In this document: piece by piece, positions 42,265 through 54,060 of the stretch
Position numbering within the stretch: position 1 is the stretch's first letter
Layout of the letters: every line of letters starts with the position of its first letter
Assembly (NCBI GenBank): GCA_012295275.1
Contig: CM022675.1
Span: 14,012,001-14,076,000 of the forward strand
From: Chrysomallon squamiferum
Taxonomy: Eukaryota; Animalia; Mollusca
Direction: 5' to 3'
DNA length: 64,000 bases
Program-made: the position numbers and the translations under genes
Notes under the pieces: model-generated
Databases searched by the model: none
What the model was told of the DNA's origin: nothing
Seen by the model: only the letters and a program-made list of their open reading frames with translations

Positions 42265-42519
42265 GTAAGTTAAAAACTGAATGTTTTCTCTTCTGTAAAT
42301 GTTTAATACATAACAGAATATACAGTGGTGACGGATTGTGATCTGAGCAAAGCAACAACGAGCACATAAATGCATAGACACTATACACATAACCGTACAT
42401 ACCTACTCTTAGCACATCCACACACATATACATGGAAAAATGGATTACACAGACATACTCACAATATATTTAGACAGAGACACAGGGTTAGTATGATAAA
42501 CTGCATGCTTTGATATCTA

Positions 42520-42935
42520 TATAGAAGGTTCGGGCAAACTTTTTGTAGGAAGAGCATGAGGGCCAGAATAATGATTGAGAAGAAAAAATGATTTTAAATC
42601 GTGTATTTTATGTAAACAGTAAATTCACTTGCAACGAATTTTAGAGAATTTAATCAGATGGGTTTTGTTGCAGCGATTCAATGTCAGGCTTAATTGATGT
42701 GGTTGACAAGGGAAGAAAGGCATAGAGTTTGCATATTTTGAATTGAAGCTAGCAGCCATTTAAAATTCGCATGCGAGCTCTGTTGATTCAATGTGGCGTT
42801 CGAGACGCCTTAAAGTTTAAATTTGAGTAGAACTTGAATAGCTGTGTCAACTGACTTTATTTCTTTGACTTTTATTTTGCTGTCTCGTGGGCCGGATGGC
42901 AACTTTAATTGTGAACAGTTTGGCCGTCGAGACTA
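42520..42935. mobile_element. Degenerate non-autonomous hAT-like element (MITE) at the end of the array
   Basis: Left end 'ggttcgggcaaactttttg...gagggccaga' and right end 'gggccggatg...agtttggccg' resemble the termini of the 34743-37171 element. TSD not resolved. Confidence 0.45.
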
Positions 42936-43233
42936 TATATATATATATATATAGGAAAATGTTGTGAGTTCTCTAGTGGATATGATCAACTGTATCATCA
43001 GTGCAATGATTGATAGAAAGAACAAGGCAGATACAGGGCTTCATCTTGTATCACTCATCATCAGTGATCAAAACGTCTTTGATACAGTTACTAACCGTGT
43101 TAATACACAGCTTCAACAGAAACATGGCAAACTGAATAAAGCATCTCTCACATTATCCTCAGCTTCTTCCGGGTTTATTTATTTTTATTATTTTTTATTT
43201 AAATTAAATTTATATTTCTTATATATTGAAGAT

Positions 43234-43271
<38 letters not shown>

Positions 43272-43642
43272 GATAAAGCTTTGAGCTATTTGTGTCTATA
43301 AACAACAGCCACACTGTGAAATCTCCAGCATTGTTTCTTTCCTCTGCTGATTTTGGGGGATCTGTTCATACCAGACTTCAACTCTACACTTTATTTATTT
43401 GTTTCTTTGTTTGTTTATTTATTTATTTATTTTTATTTAACAATTAATTTGAATTAAGTTCAATGTTTAGACTTAGTCCCAGTTTTTTATTTCAATTTTT
43501 GGTAACGAATATCAAACTATTTACTTTCATAATTGAATTACCTTTTTATTAATGTATTAAGAATATTCCTATTTTTATTCACACCAGACATGTTTGTTTT
43601 TATTTATTATTACTATTATTTATTAAATATCGTAACTAAAAG

Positions 43643-44016
43643 CAGAAAACAGTGGAGTAAATGGCCAGGATTCAAGCAAGGAAACTAACGTCTACAAGAA
43701 TCAAAGTTCTCCAGCACAACACACACCATCCCAGCATTCAGATCATGTTAATGATGTCTGTGCAATTTGCCAGAATAAAATGTCAGATCCACTGAAACTG
43801 GAAAAATGTGGCCACAGTTTTTGTAAAGGTTGTATTGATACACAAATGAAAAACAAACCTGCTTGTCCAATCTGTGGAATGGTCTATGGTGTTCTCACTG
43901 GTAACATGCCTTCAGGAGGAAAAATGCAAGTTGATTATAGAAAGTCGGGACTTCCTGGATATGACAAAGATGGATCTTATTGTATCATGTACTCGTTTCC
44001 AGGTGGACGGCAAACT
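43643..44016 (+). CDS. DTX3L: Deltex (DTX3/DTX3L-like) E3 ubiquitin ligase, RING-HC exon plus start of DTC domain
   Basis: CAICQNKMSDPLKLEKCGHSFCKGCIDTQMKNKPACPIC (C3HC4), then YGVLTGNMP..G.M...LPGY...YSFPGGRQT. An in-frame TAA at 43633 bounds the exon. The tandem AAG/CAG acceptors are both phase 1; the donor GTAAGT at 44017 is phase 0. The symbol is a family-level assignment, not orthology. Confidence 0.92.
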
Positions 44017-44758
44017 GTAAGTACTGTACAATGTTTCTACAGTAGTTCAGTTTCTTTTCTGGTGAATATTTTCAAGCAACACATAGTACATCGCTATAAT
44101 CTTTAACGTGTTTGAAAAAAGTAAATAAATAAAAACCAAATAAAAATCATTAATGGACAAGCTCATTACTGACACTGTAAAATTTAACTAATTGGTCCAT
44201 CTGTTTTTTGCTAATATAAATAGTAGATTTAACATCATCATTCTTCTCAAAATGTAACCATCTTTACTAAGTGTAATAAGTACCCCAACTTTCTTAAATA
44301 TACAGTGAACATTCATTGTTTTTACCTTATTTTAATCTTCTTTTTTTATCATTATCAAATTGTTATTATGTTGGTCTTTTAGACATGAAAATTAGAGTAC
44401 ACTAGGGAAAATAATTACATAAATGTAGAGAGGGGATATGGGACAACTGTCATTTTCCCCTGTTTGCCTCCTCATAAATCTGTCTCTGTTCTCAATTTAA
44501 AGTTAATCATCACTGTTGGAATATTACTAAATACTGCACTTTACTTTAAACATGTGTAACAAAACTTCTAGAAACAAACATGTCACTGAGATCCTGAATG
44601 TTCCAACATTAGGTAAATGAATTTTGTATATGTTTAATTACTACTACTACTTCTACTACTACTACTACTACTAATAACAATAATAATAAAAGTTCTATTG
44701 CAAATCTTGTTGCTCTACAATTTTTTTCTACAATTCTTTTATATAAATTGTTTTTCAG

Positions 44759-44976
44759 AAAGAACATCCTAATGAAGGAAAGCGGTATTATGGGATTACC
44801 GAGTATGCATATTTACCAGATACACCAAAAGGTCGCAAAATACTTGCCATGTTACGTGTTGCTTGGGAACGAAGACTGACATTTACTATTGGAAAATCAG
44901 TAAAGAATCGACGTAATGAAGTCATAACATGGAATGACATTCATCATAAAACAAGAACGTATGTAGTCATAGACAA
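44759..44976 (+). CDS. DTX3L: Deltex-like gene, DTC domain exon
   Basis: TTTTTCAG|KEHPNEGKRYYGITEYAYLPDTPKGRKILAMLRVAWERRLTFTIGKSVKNRRNEVITWNDIHHKTRTYVVID. Donor after 44976 (GTGGGT) or after 44958 (GTATGT), both phase 2. Confidence 0.92.
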
Positions 44977-45792
44977 GTGGGTTCTCATATAATCCCTTAA
45001 AGATATAGACCATCTTAGTAGTAATAATCCATCAGCTGAACCTCACTAAATTTACCATCCAGTCTAAATGTGTTTCTTTACCTCATTAAAAGTGTTACAT
45101 TTAACATTTCTAATTTAACAGTAAAAAAATTGTGAACTTTAGATCATATACTAGTAATTATTTTAGAAATAATTTAACAGGAAAAAATTACTAAATTGAA
45201 GTTGACATGGTAACGTTGTTTTAGAAATTATTTTCTCTGTATAAATAGTGTTAGCTGTAATAATTATGTGAAACAGTATCAAAATTTAAAATTTAAATCT
45301 AGGTGTAAATGTTTTGTTGTGAAGATTAATCAGTGACATTTGTAGTGTTTATTTACCTGTTTTTTGTGCTTTGGTTTTGTTTCACTTGTGTTTACACAGA
45401 TAATGTGTTGTACAACAGAAATTACAATGGCTAACTGTTTGCCAGAAACACTGTCCAGTCGTGACTGTCCACTTCTCTTAGCCCAGAAACTTTCTATAAG
45501 CATATCAGTCTGTCCTATGCATTCATACTATATCCTACAAGTGAAATATTTGTTTGTAACTGGAGGATATTATAATATAAAGAGTTTGTATAAATGTTTA
45601 TGCATGTATATATATACTTGTTGTTTCTTTAGTATTAAAAATTTCTAAGGCAACATTAATAAAGTTTAAATTAAATGTTTATATTGTTTTCAGATTAACA
45701 GTGATTTGCTTTCAGTCAAAAATTGTTATCATACATTATATTAGTTCCGTATTTTAATATAATATTAACATATTGTTTCTCTATCTTGATAG

Positions 45793-45910
45793 GTCTGATT
45801 ATCCAGATCCTGGCTATCTAGATCGCGTGGAAGAAGAATTATCAGCCAAGGGAATCACTGAAGAAAGTATTAAGGATCCAAAGTATAAGGAACTCACAGG
45901 ATTCTTTTAG
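45793..45910 (+). CDS. DTX3L: Deltex-like gene, terminal coding exon
   Basis: TTGATAG|G-SDYPDPGYLDRVEEELSAKGITEESIKDPKYKELTGFF*, matching the YPDP.YL..V.EEL.AKGI signature of the DTC C-terminus. TAG at 45908-45910. Confidence 0.92.
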
Positions 45911-48900
45911 CACAATTGAACACTAACTAAAACATTCGTATTTGTACTTCTTATATAAAACATTTCTGCTAACGTTTTTGATTTTTCGGTTGGTGTATTA
46001 TACTACTGGATATTTTTTGTTTTTTAGTGAATCTTTGGACCGTCATAATTATGTGGATATAATAATTAATTAACACTATCATCAACTACATATGAGGTTT
46101 GGTTTGATTTTGATTTATCATTATCATTATTATTTTGTTTTTCTTTCTCTCTCTCTTTTAATGTTTCCTTGTTTTAAGTAGTTTATTTATATTACTGAAA
46201 TTGATATTGTGTTTTAATACACATGCCTGACATTATGCCGATTATTTCAACCCTCATAAAATGTGTTTGTTTTTAACAAATTAAAGAATGTTTCAGTAAG
46301 ATTATTGATTATGAATAGAAAATATGTCACATAATATTAGAATGTCCTGTGTATTTATTTATAAACTAAGAGGCAGATAGCATCTGCTAATGATTTTTCA
46401 TTCGAAAAACTCTAATTATATAAAAGCAAGAGAAAATATTTTTATGCATTTTGCTTTGAAAAATTCAGTTATTTCAAAATCATATGAGACTTAGTGTTTG
46501 GATTGAATCAGTTTTCTTATTTACTGATTATATCACTTTTATTATTCTCTATTTTAATTGTTTCTTAAAAGACATAAATAATTTCACATTTTTAGTTAAA
46601 ATGTACAGTGTCAGGTACTGTGGAACTGAAGTAAGAGATAATTAAAACAAAACTGTTTTCACGATTGCTAAAGATTGTTTAATTCTGGTTTTATGTTTTC
46701 TGAGAAAGTTTGAATCTACCAACAGTGTAGATAGATTTCTGATTTTTTGAAGTTCTGATAACTCTAATGATGGTGAGGGGTTTTCTACATATTATTTACA
46801 AAATTTGACTTTTTATCATGTACTTTTGACTATGTTATGTATATTTATTGTAGAAGACGTGGCAATTAATGTTAATATATTTAACAGCTTCTGTTACCTG
46901 TATTATCTGATATAGTTAATAATATGTATTATTTATATTTTATATATATAAACATTGCATATAAGTGTTCTTCTTCTAATAATAATAAAAGAAAAAAAGA
47001 ACTGAATAAATTAAAATTTTAAAAATCCAAAACAGCATAAGTGTAATCATACTAAAGTCATCTATAGTTCAAGAATGAAAACATCCTGACATTCACGAAT
47101 TCATGTGAAAAGTGAGTTTATCAACACAACGTATAATAACACTAAGAAAATCAATAAATCACAACAGATTTTTCACTACATTCTGCTGTTGTTTGTTCCA
47201 GTAAAACTGATCAAAGCACAGTAAATAAAATTGAGCCAAGCATTTTGTCACTTAAAAATTGTCATCTGTCTGCAATATCAAAATAAATAATGTTCATATA
47301 TATAAGTTTAATTTCAATCAAGTAGAAAGGTGTTTAGAAATTTCAATCAAGTGCACTGCTCAAAATAGAAATGTCAAGTGTTGTTTTATCATAAAAAGAT
47401 GAATTCTTCTTGACATGTTTTAATTTAAGTAGTGATAATTAGACTCTGACAATTAACTTGAAGATATATTGTGACAGATTTTTTGACACCTCTACCTAAT
47501 CACCTAAATACAGTTTCTTTACACATTGTTCATGTAATCAACAGTTTCCTGACTGATTTGATGCAGTGAGTCCCTGAAAACAAAAGTACAGTGATTTGGG
47601 TATTGAGTTAGAAAGTTATTTGATCCTATACTATCATATGAATGAATCAATTCAACAGCAAATTAAGGGTGATTGTTGATTTTTATTACTCATTGTGTTA
47701 TATTGTGTGTAGGTGAATGGTTTGTATTGATGTTATCAGTTTTCGGGAAAGCTGAATGATTTAAACAAATTATTCTTATATTTAATGTTTAGTGTGGGTT
47801 TTTTGTGTTTTTTTGTTTGTTTTGGTTGTTTTTTTATATTACATAGTATTTTAGTATACACACACATGCTCAAAGTCATGCACATGTGCACCCATGATAC
47901 ATACATGCAAATACATATAAAACTGTTTTATCATTTATAAATCTGTTAAGAGTTTATTAATTATATTATCTGTGTATATAGAACATTTGATTACTCAGTC
48001 TTTAATATTTTTAAATCGTGCAGAACAAATAACTTTAAAAAAGAAGATTTAATGAAATTTTTAGACATCTATAAATTGATTATATATAAATCATTTTGAT
48101 ATTCAGATGTTCTTAATTTATATATTTTTATAACTGTTATTTAATATTGTTGAGAATTTTTGATTTTTTAACTGTAACATAGCAAACAGTAATTTTATGT
48201 TTGTTATTTGCATACATGGTTTTAACATATTAAATTATTTAAAGAGACTGAAAAAATCATATTTATTAGTACCATCATTTATATTTAAGCGGAATATTAT
48301 ATTTAATGTGCAGAAGTCTCTCTCTCCCTCTCTCTCTCAATGGTCTTATCTCATTTTAAATATTTGTTTTGGCATAATGATGAAATGAAAAAGGAAACCT
48401 GTTTCAGCCACTCCATAATTACAATAAATGACTGTAACAGATATTTTAGATAAACTTTTATAATTTGTTTAAGTTTTGAAATAAAGTAATTAAAAAAGAC
48501 CTTTTCATTATGATGTACACATTTATTCCTATCAGATTTTAGTATTATTGTTTTTCTATACATTTGATTTGTACTGATGTGGAATAGACCACTTATTTTC
48601 CATTTCAGTTCAGTATGTACATTATTGTTAAATGAAAACTAATAACAACTGATCTTGTTCTGCTAGTAGAAAAGTGAAATAGGATTTCCTCTGTGTCAGA
48701 TTTTACTAAGTATTTACCTAGTTGTTTATCAATGTGTTCTTGTAATGGTATTAAACAAATAAGTTAATAACACTAACAATGACAACAGTAACAACAAAAA
48801 TATTATATGCAATCACAGATTATTACATTTTTTAAAGGTGTCATTTGTTAGATAGTTGCTATTATTATTACCTTTCTTTGTTGTTTGATGTGGTTTCGTT

Positions 48901-49045
48901 TTGTTGTTTCTTTTTGTGGTTTATTTCTGGTTTTTTTTTCTTCTTTTAGTTAAGTTTGACTAAATAACAAATACATTTGTGAAATGGTTTAAAACAATTT
49001 TTTATTTTTTTATTTATTGTTTGGTTATTTTTGTTTATTTATTTG

Positions 49046-49083
<38 letters not shown>

Positions 49084-49757
49084 TAATTTTATTATAATAT
49101 ATTATTATTTGAGTGTATTATTTCTTTGTAATTTTTATATACTAACAATATTCTGAAGAATATTCGTTTACATTTATTGTTTTAACATTATATATAATTT
49201 TGTTTCAATAGATTTAACTGTTAAATGAAAGCAGACATTATTACCATAATTATTTATAAAATTATATTTTAAACAGGAGGCAATATAATTATTCTGAAAC
49301 AAAATTATTTCATGTTGATCATAAATAATTTTATGAAACATGAGGAAAATTCATTTTTAAAATGTCCCTCTTTTAACTGAATAAGTTGGATTTACTAATT
49401 TATTACAAAATGCTAACTAATTGCTTTCCAATTTATTTAAACAATAAATTTAATTGTAACTTTATGAATAACGTTCTGAGCAAAAGTAATAGAATGAAGT
49501 CATGCATAAAAATTTTGTCTGCATTTTCTTCAGGTATTTAACAACTGTATTGAAATTAAAATTGCATAATTAAAATTATATATATATATATATTTCATTA
49601 TTTGGTAATAAAGATAACATACAGAAATTTGTGATGTACGTTCATGTTGTTTATCAATACACTTTTGCCATTTCAATATAACATATAAACTATCTTGAAA
49701 ATTTTGACTTGACTATTAAACGTCCCATATTTTATTTTCCTATGTCTTATAATTCAG

Positions 49758-51163
49758 TTTCTAACATGACAGGTGAACGTTCCATTGTGCTTTTATATTT
49801 CCTTGAACATGGAACTGATTCTAATTTAACAGACAATGATACGAATTCAGTTTTACACATAGCAGCAAAACATGGAAAAACAGAAATTGTGACAGCACTG
49901 ATTAAAAAGGTGTTGATGTAAATATTAAAAACAATGCAAGTGAAACCTCACTTCTTACAGCTCTGAACTCTCAACAGAACAAAGTAGTTTTCCATTTATT
50001 GGAACATGGAACTGATTCTAATTTAACAGACAATGATAACAATTCAGTTTTACACATAGCAGCTAAACATGGAAATATAGAAATTGTGCCAGCATTCATT
50101 TAAAAATGTATTTGATGTAAATGTTATAAACAGTAAAGGTGAAACTGCCATCCTTTTAAGGATAAATTATGATGAATATCACACTTATCTTAATGATGAA
50201 CCTTGCAAAGCAGTTTTGTATTTGCTGGAATATGGAGCTGATCCTAATTTAACAGACAGGGATAACAATTCTGTTTTACACCTGGCAGCTAAACATGGGA
50301 AAATAAAAATTGTAACAGACTGATTGAAAAAGGTGTTGATATAAATATTAAAAACAGCTGTCAACTCTCAACAGAACAAAATAGTTTTGTATTTTCTGGA
50401 ACATGGAGCTGATCCTAATTTAACAGACTGCAATTGCACCTGGCAGCTGAACATAGACTAGTAGAAATTGTGACAGCGCTTATCAAAAAAAGGTGTTGAT
50501 GTAGATGTTATCAACAGTAGAGGTGAAACTTAACTTCTTAAAGCTGTGAAATACAAGCAAAACAAAGTAATTTTGTATATACTGAAACATGGAACTGATT
50601 CTAATTTAACAGACTGTGATAACAATTCTGTTTTGCACATGCCAGCTAAACACGGAGAAATAGAAATTGTGACAGCACTGATAGAAAAAGGTATTTATGT
50701 AAATTTTAGAAACAGTCTAAGTAAAATTCCTCATCTTATGGCTGTGAACTGGACACAGAACAAACTAGTATTTTATTTATTGGAAATGGAGCTGATCCTA
50801 ATTCAACCTACAGTTATAACAATTCCGTTTTTTATCTAGCAGCTGAATATGGAAATATGGGCAGCACTGATTAAAACAGGTGTTGATGTAAATATTAGAA
50901 ACAATGAAGGTAAGGCTCCTCTTCTTATAGCTGTGAACTTTCAAGTGAGAAAAGTAGTTTTGTATTTGCTCAAACATGGAGCAGATCCTAATTTAACAGA
51001 CGGTGATAACCATTATTTTTTTCACCTTGCAGCACTGATAGAAAAAGGTGCTAATGTAAATACTGTTAATACTAGGGGTAAAACAACGCTCAGGATAGCT
51101 AAAGATCGGTTGCATATATTTATATATGAATATATTACATCATGCAAAAATATGTATGTATGA
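49758..51163 (+). pseudogene. Ankyrin-repeat pseudogene 1 (alternating two-repeat, ~66-aa modules)
   Basis: Repeated LLEHGADPNLTD.DNNSVLH.AAKHG..EIVTALI.KGVDVNI.N..G.TPLL.AVN, broken by multiple frameshifts and deletions. Acceptor-like TTCAG ends at 49757. Confidence 0.88.
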
Positions 51164-52310
51164 CTTGGAACAGTAAAATGAGTAAGTTCTTCCAAATATG
51201 AAATATGACTTAACATAATATTGTCCAAAATTCACAAAAATATTGATTCCAAATGTGCATGTATCAATTCAGTCATCTAAAAGAAAATTGACTTCAAAGA
51301 ATTTGAGTAATTTATGATGTCTGCCCTAACCACCCACTGGTTTATTGTTATGAAAAAGTCATCAGATTTCATACCAATAATAAGTGAAAAAAATACAAAC
51401 AATTATTATTATTATTTTTATTATTATTATTATTATTACTTAATTGAATAAAAATATATATTGAAATTTCTTGCAAAAGGATGTCATATTTTAATAATTA
51501 ATATTAAGGAATTGCAGATTGACATATTTGTTACATAAGAATGAAAATGCTATCATAACTTCAATATTTTTATAATTTTACAGTATTTGGACGTACTACC
51601 GAATCTTATCACAGCAGTCATTGCTATCATTGGATTCATCACATCTACCGGTTTTTGATGGGATATATTCATGTTTTCTAAAAGTGTTCATGCAAATAGT
51701 GTTAGTGTTTACTTTTCACTCCCGGTGGCATAATTATTTCTGGTATCTCTGAAGTTTGAGCAGTGTTATTATAACCACGTTGAGCAATTCTTCATCATAA
51801 TCAGAATATTTCTTCTTGAAAATGTATCCTGGATTTATAGCGTCCGTGTTAAAATCAGTGTGTGAACAGTGTGATGATTTTCTTACTGTTATACTCAAGA
51901 TAACTTTTTCCTGAAGCACTTGTTGAGTCTCTTTTGTTGATCAGAAAGGAACTCACCAGAAGAATTGAATTCTTTTCATAATCTCGTAACGAAACAATAC
52001 AGAATAGTAAATCAACTGCATTTTGGTCAACGATTTTGTAAGAGTTATCTTGCAGTTCTTGCATGTGTACTACTGCATTTATATATACACACACATACAT
52101 ATTTAATGTATGTGTATATTTTAGAAAACAAAGTCACTGAGAAAAAATCACTGAAAATGGATACACATTAACACTTTTTAAAATAATGAAGACAGTAAAA
52201 CAGCAACCAATAAAATAGAGAAAAAAAAAAAAAAAAACCCACTAAAAACACTGGTATGTAAACACTTTATAGCAGTAAAATCTATTGTAGGAAATACTTC
52301 AATATGATAT

Positions 52311-52345
<35 letters not shown>

Positions 52346-53899
52346 ACTCATACAAAGAAAAATAAACATACAGATACACGGACACAGAAATACACACACA
52401 CTCGTACACAGACACACAGACAGAACAAGAGAGCAATGCACATATATTAGAATAATTAACTCTTCAGAACTGTCTTTACTCTGATATGATAACTAAAATA
52501 ACAGCTTTAAAATACTGGGTCTAAAAGTAAAAATGTCTACAGAAATAAAGTAAAATTAAAAACAAGTAAAAGACTTCAACAACTAAGTGTACATCAAAAT
52601 GACGTACGAATGAAAAATACGAAATCGAGGTAAAATATTATTGCATAAACATTTGGTTAAAATGAAAATGCACAAGGGGCTCTCAGAGATAACTCTTTCT
52701 GTGGAGGGACGTCTGAGTCAGCAGGGCAGGTAACTCCAGATTCCTGAAAACAGAAGAGTTCCAATTCAACTGTTATTCAGAACATGAGTACACTCCATAT
52801 GAATGATAGACATAGAGCATTTTAAGTAAACGTGTGTGTATACGTGTGTGTAGTTCCTATTTGCCCTCTTCTACTAAATTTTTTTGATCTCGCTATTCAG
52901 ATACATATTCATGCGTTTATATATTTAAAAATAGTCGCAGCATGTGCGATTCAAATCTGAAGGCAACTAGCATTTTCCGTCAACGGTGCACAGTTTATTT
53001 GCGGTGACGGACAAACCTTCGGCTTCACGGTCTCTGCTGCATCAGGACAAAAGTGGAAGGTGAAAAGATATTTCAAAGCTTACTGTTGCCAAATGGCGTG
53101 TGATTAAACTTTCATTTTGTTGTTTGTTTCTTCAAACAAGCCAATCACCTCTGACAGGTTCTAGTCTTTCAGTTTTTAACGAGACGAAGACAATTATATT
53201 TATGAATTTGTATATTATTGCCGTTATTGTAATTTTATTTATTTATTTATTTTATATTGTGTTATTATTATTGGGCTATCGTTATGTTCATCATATTTAT
53301 GTGTTTGGGCATATCGTTATCATCATCATCTTTTAATTATTTATTTGTTTTGTTTCTTCATATCCTTCATTAACCTATCGTCATTTTTTTCTTTTAATTA
53401 TTTCTTTTGTTTTATTTCTTCAATCATAAATTATAGTTATTTATTTACTTACATTACAAAACGTTTTACCTTCAGTTAATTTTCTCGCCTAATTATTATA
53501 GTGTTCGGAGAGTGGTGTAACAAAACTATTAATGTATGCTCGGAAACTCTGTTTATATCATATTAAAAAATCTCAAAGCCTTTGAAACCCGAGACGATAG
53601 TTGTTGAGCCGAGTATCTGGTAAATAAAAATGACTTAAAGTGGCATTTTTGAAATGGGTTAATGTGCCTAAATCCAGCAAACTCAATGACAGATCGAAGT
53701 GAAAGGATTAAAATGTTCATAACAACTTCACACGTGTCTTCTTACAACTTCGAATTTAGATAATTATAATATAATTAAAGTCTTTATTTAGCCATATGAT
53801 ATATATTAAATTACTTTTGCTCTTGATAGAACGCCTATAAATAAATAAATAAATAAATAAATAAATATTGCATATGATCAATTTAATCGGGTATAACCG

Positions 53900-54060
53900 G
53901 GTAGAATCACGGAAGTGTACGAAATAATAATCTCGAGGATTCTCGCACGATTTTGACGCGATTAAAATGGCGTGTTGTTGTAAGGTGGCGGTTGCAGCTC
54001 AAATTAAAATGAAAAGACTAGTAGGAATTAGTTAGTTAATTGTTTCTGTTTGTGTAGGTA
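53900..54060 (+). promoter_or_regulatory. Candidate promoter (ETS CGGAAGTG, YY1-like AAAATGGCG, CpG cluster)
   Basis: Motifs at ~53910 and ~53965 in a locally CpG-rich patch about 2.3 kb upstream of ankyrin pseudogene 2. Confidence 0.35.

Larger units (their letters stand above)
15900..42515 (+). repeat. Tandem array of ~49 exon-intron units (~470-540 bp each) with higher-order periodicities
   Basis: Recurring landmarks: 'gaagttgtgaattataaaaa.gtatttactctgtttcacag', exon, 'gtaagttaaaaactgaaagttttctcttct', an AC-rich block, 'atgttaaactgcat..tgtcatat'. Higher-order periods of about 4.09 kb, 1.97 kb, 2.48 kb and 1.96 kb. Confidence 0.97.

Noticed and set aside
16074-42390. Numerous 60-98 aa Cys/Val/Tyr-rich or His/Thr-rich ORFs in the ORF track
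   Set aside because: They are translations of AC/TG-rich intron sequence and recur only because the units are duplicated.
15900-42515. CRISPR-like repeat/spacer array
   Set aside because: Eukaryotic context, ~0.5 kb units whose spacers are themselves homologous, no cas genes, and the conserved core is bounded by splice sites.
15900-42515. Purely non-coding satellite DNA
   Set aside because: Retention of AG/GT, lengths in multiples of 3 and an open frame across diverged units argue against it, though RNA data are needed to exclude it fully.
43780-44106. Stand-alone 108-aa ORF starting at MSDPLK
   Set aside because: It starts inside the RING (the first CxxC lies upstream) and runs through the donor at 44017, so it is part of an internal exon.
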